Source: Candidatus Vogelbacteria bacterium (GTDB lineage: Bacteria > Patescibacteriota > Minisyncoccia > Phycocordibacterales > XYD1-FULL-46-19). Taken from it: a stretch of 47,834 nt of DNA. The notes beneath the pieces were generated by a model. It was not told the origin of the DNA. It saw nothing but the letters and a program-made list of their open reading frames with translations, and made no database searches. Positions 29,109 to 37,944 of this stretch are shown here, piece by piece. How positions within the stretch are numbered: position 1 is the stretch's first letter; the number at the start of each line of letters is the position of its first letter. The position numbers and the translations under genes were made by a program. The DNA lies in assembly GCA_016188295.1 (NCBI GenBank), contig JACPIA010000001.1, forward strand, positions 1-47,834. Reading direction: 5' to 3'.

Positions 29109-29663
29109 ATGAAAATCCTGCTTGGTACTAAAAAATATATGACTCAAGTGTTTGATGAGTCCGGTAAGGTCAAACCCGTAACTATTGTGTCGGTGGCTCC
29201 TTTAATCGTGACCGCTAAACAAAGTTACAAACGCCAATCTAAAGCTGAAATGGTTCAAATCGGAACCGATAAAACTAGGCGCGAATTCCCGGCTATTGGT
29301 AATTTGGCGGAGCTCGCAGTGGGCACCACCTTAGCGGTGGACTTATTTGCTGATGGTGACGAGGTGGCAGTTAGCGGTATTACTAAAGGTAAGGGTTTTC
29401 AAGGAGTGGTTAAGCGTCACCGTTTTAGCGGTGGACCACGCTCTCATGGTCAAAAGCACTCTGAACGCGAAGCCGGCTCGATCGGGGCCACGGGTCCACA
29501 GCGTGTTTTTAAAGGAGTGCGGATGCCCGGCCGGATGGGTGGCGATCGAATAACCATCAAAAGACTCAAGATCATCAAAGTTGATAAAGATAATAATTTA
29601 CTATACATTGGCGGAGCAATTCCTGGTCGCCAAGGTACTCTTCTTGAGATCAAAGGAATCTAA
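29109..29663 (+). CDS. rplC: 50S ribosomal protein L3 (short)
   Basis: KGKGFQGVVKRH, RVFKGVRMPGRMG, GAIPG. Confidence 0.96.
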   Translation: MKILLGTKKYMTQVFDESGKVKPVTIVSVAPLIVTAKQSYKRQSKAEMVQIGTDKTRREFPAIGNLAELAVGTTLAVDLFADGDEVAVSGITKGKGFQGVVKRHRFSGGPRSHGQKHSEREAGSIGATGPQRVFKGVRMPGRMGGDRITIKRLKIIKVDKDNNLLYIGGAIPGRQGTLLEIKGI

Positions 29664-29668
29664 AAATT

Positions 29669-30340
29669 ATGGAAGCACCAATTTACAATCAAAATGGTCA
29701 ATCCGCTGGCACCATGGAGTTGCCTAAGGGCGTCTTTGGGATGAAGTGGAATGGTGATTTAGTCCATCAAGTGATTACTGGCTTGGCCGCTAATGCTCGC
29801 CAAACTTTAGCCGATACTAAAGGTCGAGGAGCAGTGAGGGGTGGTGGTAAAAAGCCTTGGCAACAAAAAGGGACTGGTCGAGCGCGTCATGGTTCGATTC
29901 GCTCGCCGATCTGGGTGGGTGGTGGTGTGACTCATGGCCCGGTTAAAGAAAAGAATTACACTCAAAAAATCAATAAAAAGATGAAGGCTAAGGCTTTGGC
30001 TGTTCTACTCTCGGCCAAGTTGGCTGACCGAGAGGTGTTGTTGTTAGATACGACTCCAGTTACTCCTAAGACTAAAGAGGCGATCACTTTTCTTAAGCAA
30101 CTGTCTGGTGGAGCTAAATTACCACATTTACTTTATCTTAAGGGTCATCGGGCATTAATTGTGGTACCAAACGAAGCTAAAACCTTACGTCAGGGCTTCC
30201 GTAATATTTCTACAGTCCGCGTTGAGGCGGCCGATACTATCAGTCCGACTGATGTCGCTAAGTATCAATACGTGGTGATCACTGATCCTAAATTATCTGT
30301 GCCAGTACTGGAACGCCGGACTAAAGTCAGTAATAAATAA
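29669..30340 (+). CDS. rplD: 50S ribosomal protein L4
   Basis: GGGKKPWQQKGTGRARHGSIRSP. Confidence 0.98.
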   Translation: MEAPIYNQNGQSAGTMELPKGVFGMKWNGDLVHQVITGLAANARQTLADTKGRGAVRGGGKKPWQQKGTGRARHGSIRSPIWVGGGVTHGPVKEKNYTQKINKKMKAKALAVLLSAKLADREVLLLDTTPVTPKTKEAITFLKQLSGGAKLPHLLYLKGHRALIVVPNEAKTLRQGFRNISTVRVEAADTISPTDVAKYQYVVITDPKLSVPVLERRTKVSNK

Positions 30341-30346
30341 TTTTTT

Positions 30347-30652
30347 ATGTCACGCATTTCTAAGATCAATACTACTAATCGTGAGGTGATTATCCGTCCC
30401 CATGTGACGGAGAAGGCCAATCTGTTTGCTACCGCTAAGGCGCCGGCTTACATTTTTAATGTGAGTATCGTAGCTACTAAGACGGAGGTCGCGGCAGCGA
30501 TTAAGCGTCAATACAAAGTGACGCCGGTTAAAATCGCGATGATTACCAAGCCGCGTAAAAAAATGCAGGCCCGGGGGCGCAAAGGTTTTACGCCGATTGG
30601 TAAAAAGGCGGTTGTTTATTTAAAAGTGGGAGATAGTATTACCATTGCTTAA
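30347..30652 (+). CDS. rplW: 50S ribosomal protein L23
   Basis: IRPHVTEKA, KKAVVYLK; operon position. Confidence 0.95.
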   Translation: MSRISKINTTNREVIIRPHVTEKANLFATAKAPAYIFNVSIVATKTEVAAAIKRQYKVTPVKIAMITKPRKKMQARGRKGFTPIGKKAVVYLKVGDSITIA

Positions 30653-30660
30653 ATATTTTT

Positions 30661-31500
30661 ATGAAAAAGTATCGCCCAGTCACCCCTAGTCGTCGTGGTA
30701 TGTCCACGATCAATTACCGTGATCTTTTAACTAATGTTAAACCGGCTAAAAATTTAACCTCTGGTTTCAAGCGTAGTGTCGGTCGCAATAATGCTGGTCG
30801 TATTACCGTGCGTCATCAGGGTGGTGGACATAAGCGTTTGTATCGCGAAATTGATTTTGATCTTAATAAATACAATATCCCAGCCACAATCGAAACATTA
30901 GAGTATGATCCGAATCGCTCGGCTTTTATTGCGTTAGTTAGTTACGCCGATGGTGAAAAGCGCTACATCTTAATGCCCGACAGTCTAAAAATCGGAGACA
31001 CTTTCCTCATCTCCGAGCAAGCGCCGATTGCGCCGGGTAATCGTTTACCACTCTCTAAAATCCCGATTGGTACTTTTATTTATAACTTGGAGATTAAACC
31101 CAAAGGTGGGGCCAAGTTGGTACGTTCGGCTGGTGTTTTTGCCGAAGTGTTGGCTAATGATGCTGGTTACACGGCGGTAAAGTTACCATCTACTGAAATT
31201 CGCCGAGTCAATCAAACCGCTTGGGCTTCGATTGGTGTAGTCGCTAATAGCGAGCATAAATTAGAGAACTCAGGTAAAGCTGGCCGTTCGCGCTGGCTCG
31301 GTATCCGGCCAACCGTACGCGGTAGCGCCATGAATCCAGTTGATCACCCTTATGGTGGTGGTGAAGGTCGCCAACCGCGTGGTACTCGTCGACCCAAGAC
31401 GGCTTGGGGTAAAGTGACTGGTGGTCGCAAAACGCGCCGAACTAAAAAATACTCCAACAAGTTTATCGTCTCCCGTCGCAAAAAAGCCAAACGCAGCTAA
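30661..31500 (+). CDS. rplB: 50S ribosomal protein L2
   Basis: EYDPNRSA, RGSAMNPVDHPYGGGEG. Confidence 0.99.
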   Translation: MKKYRPVTPSRRGMSTINYRDLLTNVKPAKNLTSGFKRSVGRNNAGRITVRHQGGGHKRLYREIDFDLNKYNIPATIETLEYDPNRSAFIALVSYADGEKRYILMPDSLKIGDTFLISEQAPIAPGNRLPLSKIPIGTFIYNLEIKPKGGAKLVRSAGVFAEVLANDAGYTAVKLPSTEIRRVNQTAWASIGVVANSEHKLENSGKAGRSRWLGIRPTVRGSAMNPVDHPYGGGEGRQPRGTRRPKTAWGKVTGGRKTRRTKKYSNKFIVSRRKKAKRS

Positions 31501-31516
31501 TCCGAGGCAATTTGCC

Positions 31517-31548
31517 GCGCGGGAGAGTACTCCCGCGCTTCTGTTTCT
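31517..31548 (+). terminator. Intrinsic terminator after rplB
   Basis: gcgcgggag-agta-ctcccgcgc followed by ttctgtttct. Confidence 0.7.
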
Positions 31549-31620
31549 ATAATTAAATAATCGGGCAAGTATACCAAAACTACGCATATGAGGAAAAGTG
31601 GTACACTTGTTGTAATGGGT

Positions 31621-31749
31621 AAAAATTATTCCCCCGAGGCCTCACCTCGGAAAGCTTAATGACAACAAAACCACGATCGTAATAATGTGGTATAGGAAGG
31701 TAAATTTAGACCAAAAAATTACTCCCCCGAGGCTAAGCCTCGGGGGAGT
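31621..31749. repeat. Two REP-like palindromes in direct repeat
   Basis: aaaaatta(t/c)tcccccgaggc at 31621 and 31714 (19/20 identical); the second copy is a 13 bp perfect stem, actcccccgaggc-taa-gcctcgggggagt. Confidence 0.75.
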
Positions 31750-31832
31750 TGCGTTAACTAGGATTAGGATTTTCCATCTGCATCCCAACCTTCTTTTGTC
31801 GCTAAATATTGGAGTTCTTCATAAGTGTTAAT

Positions 31833-31891
31833 TTGACATCCCGGCTTTATTTGTATAGGATAAAGCACACGAGTCGAACGATTCGTTTTTT
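31833..31891 (+). promoter_or_regulatory. Internal promoter and leader hairpin before rpsS
   Basis: TTGACA-N17-TAGGAT, then acgagtc-gaac-gattcgt-ttttt. Confidence 0.7.
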
Positions 31892-31897
31892 ATTTGT

Positions 31898-32254
31898 ATG
31901 GCCCGATCTCTAGCTAAAGGTCCCTATGTGGATGCCAAGTTGATCAAAAAGATCACCGGAAAAAAGCCCCAAGATATGGGGATTGTTAAAACGTGGGCTC
32001 GTCGCAGTCAAATCGCTCCCGAAATGGTCGGTTTTACTTTTGGTGTTCATAACGGCAAAAATCATATTGAGGTGTTTGTCACCGAGGACATGGTCGGCCA
32101 CCGTTTGGGTGAGTTTTCACCGACTCGCAAGTTCACTAAGCACGGCGGTAAAATGCAAAAGGAGATGGAGCAAAAGAAAAAGGAGGCTGAAATTGCCGCC
32201 GCTAAAGCCGCTTCAGCCCCAGCTGTTGGTGCTCCCGTTACGCCTAAAAAATAA
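31898..32254 (+). CDS. rpsS: 30S ribosomal protein S19
   Basis: [24 protein letters not shown]; Lys/Ala-rich C-terminal extension. Confidence 0.98.
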   Translation: MARSLAKGPYVDAKLIKKITGKKPQDMGIVKTWARRSQIAPEMVGFTFGVHNGKNHIEVFVTEDMVGHRLGEFSPTRKFTKHGGKMQKEMEQKKKEAEIAAAKAASAPAVGAPVTPKK

Positions 32255-32257
32255 GTT

Positions 32258-32596
32258 ATGAAGGCGCGCTTATCTAATTATCGTCAAGCTCCCCGCAAAG
32301 TCCGGTTACTGGCCGACTTAGTGCGTGGTAAAACGGTACCCGAGGCTTTAACCACTTTAGCTTTTGCCGCTAAGCGAGCCTCTCGTCCAATGGCTAAGCT
32401 TATTGCTTCGGCGGCGGCTAATGCCAATATCAAAAGCTCATTAGCGCCCGAGCAATTACAGGTTAAGACCATCACTGTTAATAAGGGCCAAGTGCTTAAG
32501 CGTTCGATGCCACGGGCCCGAGGTTCTGCTTTTCCGATCCACAAACACTCGAGTCATATTGAGGTCGAGTTAACTCCTAAAGTAAATAAAGTCTAA
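32258..32596 (+). CDS. rplV: 50S ribosomal protein L22
   Basis: PRKVRLLADLVRGK, PRARG. Confidence 0.98.
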   Translation: MKARLSNYRQAPRKVRLLADLVRGKTVPEALTTLAFAAKRASRPMAKLIASAAANANIKSSLAPEQLQVKTITVNKGQVLKRSMPRARGSAFPIHKHSSHIEVELTPKVNKV

Positions 32597-32600
32597 TTTT

Positions 32601-33260
32601 ATGACCCACAGCGTCCATCCATACTCCCACCGACTTGGTATTATCCGCGACTGGCGCTCGCGCTGGTTTGGCAAGCGTGGTCAATACCAACAATTTTTAA
32701 AAATGGACATTTTGCTCCGGGAGTTTTTAACTAAGCGTTTGCGGGGAATGTATGTCGACTCGGTAGATATGGAGCGCAGTGTTAATACTTACCGCATTAT
32801 TATCCGGACCTCGCGCCCGGGTATGATTATTGGTCGCAATGGTGAGGGTGCCGCTAAACTCAAAAACGATATTATTAAAATCGTTAAGCGGATTGGTTCG
32901 GAGTTACCTAAAGAACTTAAAGTAGATATTGAGGAGGTTAAAAATCCCGACGCGCGCGCCGCGATTGTGGCGGCGATGGTCGCCGAGGGCTTGGAGAAGC
33001 GCTTACCCTTCCGTCGCGTACTCAAACAAACAGTAGAGAAGGTGATGGGTCAACGCGAGGTTAAGGGTGTTAAAATCGCCTTGTCGGGTCGTTTAGGTGG
33101 GGCCGATATGAGTCGGGCTGAGAGTTTAAAACAAGGTCAAATTCCACTCCAAACTTTACGCGCCGATATCGATTTTGCTCGTGAGCAAGCCTATCTCTCT
33201 TATGGCGTCATCGGGATTAAAGTCTGGATCTACCGGGGCGAGATCTTTGCTGACAAATAA
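32601..33260 (+). CDS. rpsC: 30S ribosomal protein S3
   Basis: RPGMIIGRNG, SGRLGGA, IPLQTLRADID, GIKVWIYRGE. Confidence 0.98.
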   Translation: MTHSVHPYSHRLGIIRDWRSRWFGKRGQYQQFLKMDILLREFLTKRLRGMYVDSVDMERSVNTYRIIIRTSRPGMIIGRNGEGAAKLKNDIIKIVKRIGSELPKELKVDIEEVKNPDARAAIVAAMVAEGLEKRLPFRRVLKQTVEKVMGQREVKGVKIALSGRLGGADMSRAESLKQGQIPLQTLRADIDFAREQAYLSYGVIGIKVWIYRGEIFADK

Positions 33261-33264
33261 TAAT

Positions 33265-33690
33265 ATGGCGCTCATTCCTAAAAAAGTTAAACATCGCAAA
33301 TGGCAAACTGATCGGACTAATCCTAAGAAAGTCCGCTTAGAGACGCGTGGCACTATTATTGCTTTTGGTTCTCATGGTCTTAAAGCCGAAACAGTGGGTC
33401 GGATCAACAGTAATCAAATTGAAGCGGCGCGTAAAACGATTGCTCGCCAAATGCATAAGACTGGTAAATTGTGGATCCGAGTTTTTCCTGACCGTCCTTA
33501 CACCGCTAAAGGATCCGAAACTCCGATGGGTAAGGGTAAGGGCGATCCGCAAGGTTATGAAGTGGAGATTAAGCCGGGACGCCTTATTTTTGAAGTGGAC
33601 GGTCTGACGCCGGCCGTTGCTCGCGAGGCTTTGCGCAAAGCAGGTGCTAAATTACCAATCAAAAGTCGAGTAGTCAGTCGAATTATTTAA
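33265..33690 (+). CDS. rplP: 50S ribosomal protein L16
   Basis: QIEAARK, WIRVFPD, MGKGKG, AGAKLPIK; start placed at MALIPKK. Confidence 0.97.
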   Translation: MALIPKKVKHRKWQTDRTNPKKVRLETRGTIIAFGSHGLKAETVGRINSNQIEAARKTIARQMHKTGKLWIRVFPDRPYTAKGSETPMGKGKGDPQGYEVEIKPGRLIFEVDGLTPAVAREALRKAGAKLPIKSRVVSRII

Positions 33691-33694
33691 TAAT

Positions 33695-33853
33695 ATGTCT
33701 GATTTATTGAAGCAATTAGCGGAGAAGCGAGAAGCCTTAAAGGTGTTCCGTTTTGGCAGTACTGGTGCTAAGATCACTAATGTTAAAACTGGTCGAGGTT
33801 TACGCCGCGATATTGCTCGAATTTTAACTAACCTTAGACAGGGTAAAAAATAA
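33695..33853 (+). CDS. rpmC: 50S ribosomal protein L29 (52 aa, not in ORF track)
   Basis: Translated by hand: [52 protein letters not shown]; lies between rplP and rpsQ. Confidence 0.93.
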   Translation: MSDLLKQLAEKREALKVFRFGSTGAKITNVKTGRGLRRDIARILTNLRQGKK

Positions 33854-33855
33854 TT

Positions 33856-34113
33856 ATGTCTATTACTCCTACAACTAAGACTGGCAAAGAACTACAAGGT
33901 ATCGTGGTGTCCGACAAAATGGACAAAACGGTGGTTGTTCGAGTGGACCGTTTTTTTAAGGCGCCTAAGTATGGCAAGTATATTACCCGTAGTAAGCGAC
34001 TTAAGGCTCATGATCCGGAAAATCGTTGTCAGGAGGGTGATAAAGTGACTATCCGTGAGACTAAACCTTGGTCCAAAGATAAGACTTTTGCTGTGGTTTA
34101 CGACGCTAAATAA
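33856..34113 (+). CDS. rpsQ: 30S ribosomal protein S17
   Basis: [25 protein letters not shown]. Confidence 0.98.
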   Translation: MSITPTTKTGKELQGIVVSDKMDKTVVVRVDRFFKAPKYGKYITRSKRLKAHDPENRCQEGDKVTIRETKPWSKDKTFAVVYDAK

Positions 34114-34116
34114 TTT

Positions 34117-34488
34117 ATGATTCAACCTCGCTCAATTGTAAAGATTGCCGATAACACTGGCGCCAAAATCGGCCGGATCTTTAAGATCCCGGGTGGTTCT
34201 AAAAAGCGCTATGCTCAAATTGGCGAAGTGGTTATTTTATCAGTCCAAGTGGCGGAGCCTCGCAAAGCGGTTAAAAAGAAGGAAGTACTCCAAGCAGTAG
34301 TGGTCCGTCAACGCAATCCCTTTCGGCGGACTGACGGCTCTTATCTCCGCTTTGATGAAAATGCAGTGGTGATTTTGGAGAAAGATAAGTTAGAACCAAA
34401 AGGTGGTCGTATTTTTGGGCCAATCCCTCGCGAGTTGGCTGAGCGCGGTTATCAAAAAATTGTTTCTTTAGCTCCCGAAGTGGTCTAA
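34117..34488 (+). CDS. rplN: 50S ribosomal protein L14
   Basis: ADNTGAK, RFDENAVV, KIVSLAPEV. Confidence 0.98.
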   Translation: MIQPRSIVKIADNTGAKIGRIFKIPGGSKKRYAQIGEVVILSVQVAEPRKAVKKKEVLQAVVVRQRNPFRRTDGSYLRFDENAVVILEKDKLEPKGGRIFGPIPRELAERGYQKIVSLAPEVV

Positions 34489-34516
34489 TTTATAACTTCC
34501 AATTTCCAAAATCTAT

Positions 34517-34828
34517 ATGTCTTTAAATATTAAACAAGGTGATACGGTGGTAGTCCGCACTGGCTCAAGTAAAAGTAAACAGGGTAAAGTTTTACGTGTC
34601 GAGATAGCTAATGGGAGTATTTTGATTGAGGGGGTTAATTTGAAAAAACGCCGCCAGTGTCCGCGTAAAGCCGGTAGTAAAGGTCAAATAATTGAGAAGC
34701 CGGCGCCGCTTAATTACTCTAATGTACTTATTTGGTGTGCTAGTTGTAAACAGGGTGTGAGAATTAAGGCTAAAATGAGTGGTACGACTAAAACTCGTAT
34801 TTGCGCTAAATGCGGTAAAACAATTTAA
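34517..34828 (+). CDS. rplX: 50S ribosomal protein L24
   Basis: IKQGDTVVV, IEGVN, SNV, two CxxC motifs. Confidence 0.96.
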   Translation: MSLNIKQGDTVVVRTGSSKSKQGKVLRVEIANGSILIEGVNLKKRRQCPRKAGSKGQIIEKPAPLNYSNVLIWCASCKQGVRIKAKMSGTTKTRICAKCGKTI

Positions 34829-34830
34829 TT

Positions 34831-35364
34831 ATGGATACTATTCAACAAAAAATTAAAAAGGCGATCCCAGCGCTTAAAAAAGAGCTTAAGACCGACAATA
34901 CTTTAGCGATTCCTCGTTTAGTTAAGGTAGTGATTAATGTTGGTACTGGTCGTATTCGCGATAAAAAGCGCAATGAGTTAATTATCGATCGCTTGGCTCG
35001 ATTGAGTGGTCAACGGCCATCACTCCGTCAGGCTAAAAAATCAATCGCGACTTTTAAACTCCGTCAAGGCGAGGTGGTTGGAGTGGCCGTCACTTTGCGT
35101 GGTGCTCGTCGTGATGCCTTTTTAGATCGGTTTATCAATATTGCCATCCCGCGTATGCGTGATTTTAAAGGTTATGACGAAAAGAGCGTGGATGAAATGG
35201 GCAACTTAACGGTGGCCGTCAAAGAGCATAACGTCTTCCCCGAGACCAGTGAGGAGGATATCAAAGATATTTTTGGAATGTCAGTTACGATTGTCACTAC
35301 CGCTAAAGATCGCGAACAAGCACTAACCTTCTTCCGCGCCATCGGCTTCCCGTTTAAGAAGTAG
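34831..35364 (+). CDS. rplE: 50S ribosomal protein L5
   Basis: KSIATFKLRQG, VTLRG, PRMRDFKG. Confidence 0.98.
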   Translation: MDTIQQKIKKAIPALKKELKTDNTLAIPRLVKVVINVGTGRIRDKKRNELIIDRLARLSGQRPSLRQAKKSIATFKLRQGEVVGVAVTLRGARRDAFLDRFINIAIPRMRDFKGYDEKSVDEMGNLTVAVKEHNVFPETSEEDIKDIFGMSVTIVTTAKDREQALTFFRAIGFPFKK

Positions 35365-35369
35365 ATAAA

Positions 35370-35425
35370 TTGACATCATAGCCTTTAGCCTGCTAGGATA
35401 GAGCGTGGCTCGTTGAGCCTTTTTT
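35370..35425 (+). promoter_or_regulatory. Internal promoter and leader hairpin before S14
   Basis: TTGACA-N18-TAGGAT (TGn extended), then ggctc-gtt-gagcc-tttttt. Confidence 0.65.
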
Positions 35426-35434
35426 GTATCAGCT

Positions 35435-35620
35435 ATGGCTAAAACTTCTACTAAAGCTCGGGCGCTTAAGACGCCTAAATTTAAGTCCCGCGTTGTTAGA
35501 CGCTGTTTTCGCTGTGGGCGCAAACGGGCTTTTATGCGCGATTTTAATTTATGCCGGATCTGCTTCCGTGAGTTTGCTAATGAGGGTAAAATTCCGGGTA
35601 TTAAAAAATCATCTTGGTAA
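35435..35620 (+). CDS. rpsN: 30S ribosomal protein S14, zinc-binding type
   Basis: RCFRCGR...LCRICFRE...IPGIKKSSW. Confidence 0.98.
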   Translation: MAKTSTKARALKTPKFKSRVVRRCFRCGRKRAFMRDFNLCRICFREFANEGKIPGIKKSSW

Positions 35621-35629
35621 TTTATATTT

Positions 35630-36016
35630 ATGGACCCTATTGCTCAAATGCTTACCAGTCTAAAAAATGCCGCCATGGCCCGTAAAACGGAGGTGGTTAT
35701 TCCCTTTTCTAAAGTTAAAATGGCGATGGCCGAGATCTTAGAGCGCGAGGGCTATTTAGTTTCCGCGGTTAAAAAAGGTAAAAAGATGCGTCATTTTATC
35801 TATTGTGAGTTGGCGTATCAAACCGATAATCCTAGACTCCAAGAGGTTAAACGTGTATCTAAATTATCTAAGCGGGTTTACGCCGGCTACCAGGAGTTGC
35901 ATCCAGTGCGTCAAGGTCGCGGATTGACTATTGTATCTACTCCCCACGGTCTATTAACTGACAAGCAAGCCCGTATCGCTAAAGTCGGCGGTGAGGTGCT
36001 CTGTCAAATTTGGTAA
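35630..36016 (+). CDS. rpsH: 30S ribosomal protein S8
   Basis: DPIAQMLT, IVSTPHG, GGEVLC. Confidence 0.98.
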   Translation: MDPIAQMLTSLKNAAMARKTEVVIPFSKVKMAMAEILEREGYLVSAVKKGKKMRHFIYCELAYQTDNPRLQEVKRVSKLSKRVYAGYQELHPVRQGRGLTIVSTPHGLLTDKQARIAKVGGEVLCQIW

Positions 36017-36020
36017 TTTT

Positions 36021-36560
36021 ATGTCACGCCTAGGTAAACAACCAATTACAATTCCGGCTGGCGCTAAAGTCACTTACACTGATGGGGTTTTTAGTGCTAC
36101 TGGCCCTAAGGGGGCAGTGAGTATGATTTTAAATCATCCAGCAGTGGCGCTCAGTTTAAGTCCCGAGGCGGTGACAGTAACACCAACGAATGATAATGTC
36201 GAGGGTCGCACCTTGTGGGGGACTTATGCTTCACATATTAAAAATATTTTAGAGGGGGTAACCACCGGGTTTGAAAAAAAGATGATCATCGAGGGTGTCG
36301 GTTTTAAATTTAATGTCGTCGGTACCACCGTCGTACTCGATATTGGCTTTTCCCATCAAGTTAAAGTGGCGATTCCAGCTGAAGTTAAAGTGGTGGTCGA
36401 AAAAAATATAATGACGGTTTCTGGTGCCAGCAAAGAGGCGGTTGGCCAATTTGCCGCTCGTATTCGGGGTTATAAGCCGGTCGAGCCATATAAGGGTAAG
36501 GGTATTCGTTATGAAGGCGAGTATGTTCTCCGTAAACAAGGTAAAAAGTCTACTGCTTAG
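36021..36560 (+). CDS. rplF: 50S ribosomal protein L6
   Basis: MSRLGKQPI, EPYKGKGIRY; start placed at 36021. Confidence 0.98.
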   Translation: MSRLGKQPITIPAGAKVTYTDGVFSATGPKGAVSMILNHPAVALSLSPEAVTVTPTNDNVEGRTLWGTYASHIKNILEGVTTGFEKKMIIEGVGFKFNVVGTTVVLDIGFSHQVKVAIPAEVKVVVEKNIMTVSGASKEAVGQFAARIRGYKPVEPYKGKGIRYEGEYVLRKQGKKSTA

Positions 36561-36573
36561 ATAAAAAATTTAT

Positions 36574-36966
36574 ATGCCTAAAGTTACTAATTTAATGTTA
36601 CGTAATCGTCGTCGGGCTCGGGTTCGGTCTAAAGTGATGGGCACCAGCGAACGTCCGCGCTTAGCTGTTTTTCGTTCCAACAAATATGTCTACGCCCAAC
36701 TAATTGATGATATTAAGGGTGTGACTTTAGTGTCGGCTGGTGGACACGCTGTTGGTGGAGTTAGTCTTAAAACTAAAAAGACTAAAGTAAAAGTTGATTC
36801 GCCATTTACTAAAGTCTTGTCTGCTCAAGTAGTGGGTGAAACCATTGGTGCTTTGGCTCGTGACCGAAAAATTACTAAAGTAGTGTTTGATCGTGGTGGT
36901 TATCGGTACACTGGTCGAGTTAAGGCAGTAGCCGATGGGGCTCGTCAGGCGGGTTTAATTTTTTAA
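36574..36966 (+). CDS. rplR: 50S ribosomal protein L18
   Basis: RPRLAVFRSNK, VFDRGGYRYTGRV. Confidence 0.98.
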   Translation: MPKVTNLMLRNRRRARVRSKVMGTSERPRLAVFRSNKYVYAQLIDDIKGVTLVSAGGHAVGGVSLKTKKTKVKVDSPFTKVLSAQVVGETIGALARDRKITKVVFDRGGYRYTGRVKAVADGARQAGLIF

Positions 36967-36971
36967 TCTTT

Positions 36972-37499
36972 ATGGATATTCCCAATCAAACAACTAATAA
37001 AGCTTCTGGTCGCGGTAGTCGTCCAGCTGGTCGCCGTGGTGGTAATCGCGGTCAGATGGAAAAACCGCGCTCTGAATTTGATCACAAAGTGATTTCTGTT
37101 CGTCGGGTGGCGCGGGTGGTCGCGGGTGGACGACGCTTCTCTTTCTCAGTGGTGGTGGTGATTGGTAATCGTAAAGGTAAAGTGGGTGTTGGTTTAGGTA
37201 AAGCTGGCGATACTACCTTAGCGATTGATAAAGCGATGAATGCCGCTAAAAAAGCGTTACTGACTTTACCTTTAACTGATGTCAATTCGATCCCGCACCA
37301 GACGGAGGCGAAGTTTGGCAGTTCGACAGTGGAAATCCGCCCTGCCCCGGGTAAAGGTTTGGTGGCTGGCAGTGCGGTGCGTACCGTGCTTGATCTGGCT
37401 GGTATCCGCGACATCACCGCCAAGGTCCATTCGCGTAGCAAGAACAAATTAAATATTGCCCGGGCGACGATTATTGCTCTGCGGGCGCTAAAGGTTTAA
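36972..37499 (+). CDS. rpsE: 30S ribosomal protein S5
   Basis: RVARVVAGGRRFSF, PAPGKGLVAG. Confidence 0.98.
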   Translation: MDIPNQTTNKASGRGSRPAGRRGGNRGQMEKPRSEFDHKVISVRRVARVVAGGRRFSFSVVVVIGNRKGKVGVGLGKAGDTTLAIDKAMNAAKKALLTLPLTDVNSIPHQTEAKFGSSTVEIRPAPGKGLVAGSAVRTVLDLAGIRDITAKVHSRSKNKLNIARATIIALRALKV

Positions 37500-37507
37500 A
37501 TAATTTT

Positions 37508-37936
37508 ATGCAATTACATACTATCAAACGAAATAGTTCCCATAAAAAAGCCAAGTACATTGGTCGGGGTGGTAAACGTGGTAAGACCTCTGGTAAAGGC
37601 CATAAGGGCCAAAGTGCTCGGGCGGGACGCAAAATGCGACCAGAATGGCGCGATTTAATTAAAAAGTTACCAAAACGTCGTGGTTATGGTAAAAATCGTT
37701 TTGTTCCATTGGTAATTAAACCAGAAGTGGTTAACTTGTCAGCAATCGAGGATACTTTTATGTCGGGAGATATCGTCACACCAACCACTCTGGTGGCTAA
37801 AAAATTAATTAAACCTAAACAAGCTGTCAAAATTTTAGGTAGCGGCAGTTTGACCAAAAAATTAGCAGTGAGCGGTTGCACACTTAGTGCTACGGCCCGT
37901 AAGGCAATACTGGCGGCTGGCGGTTCTGTCCGTTAA
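37508..37936 (+). CDS. rplO: 50S ribosomal protein L15
   Basis: GRGGKRGKTSGKGHKGQSAR, KILGSG. Confidence 0.97.
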   Translation: MQLHTIKRNSSHKKAKYIGRGGKRGKTSGKGHKGQSARAGRKMRPEWRDLIKKLPKRRGYGKNRFVPLVIKPEVVNLSAIEDTFMSGDIVTPTTLVAKKLIKPKQAVKILGSGSLTKKLAVSGCTLSATARKAILAAGGSVR

Positions 37937-37944
37937 ACTAAATT

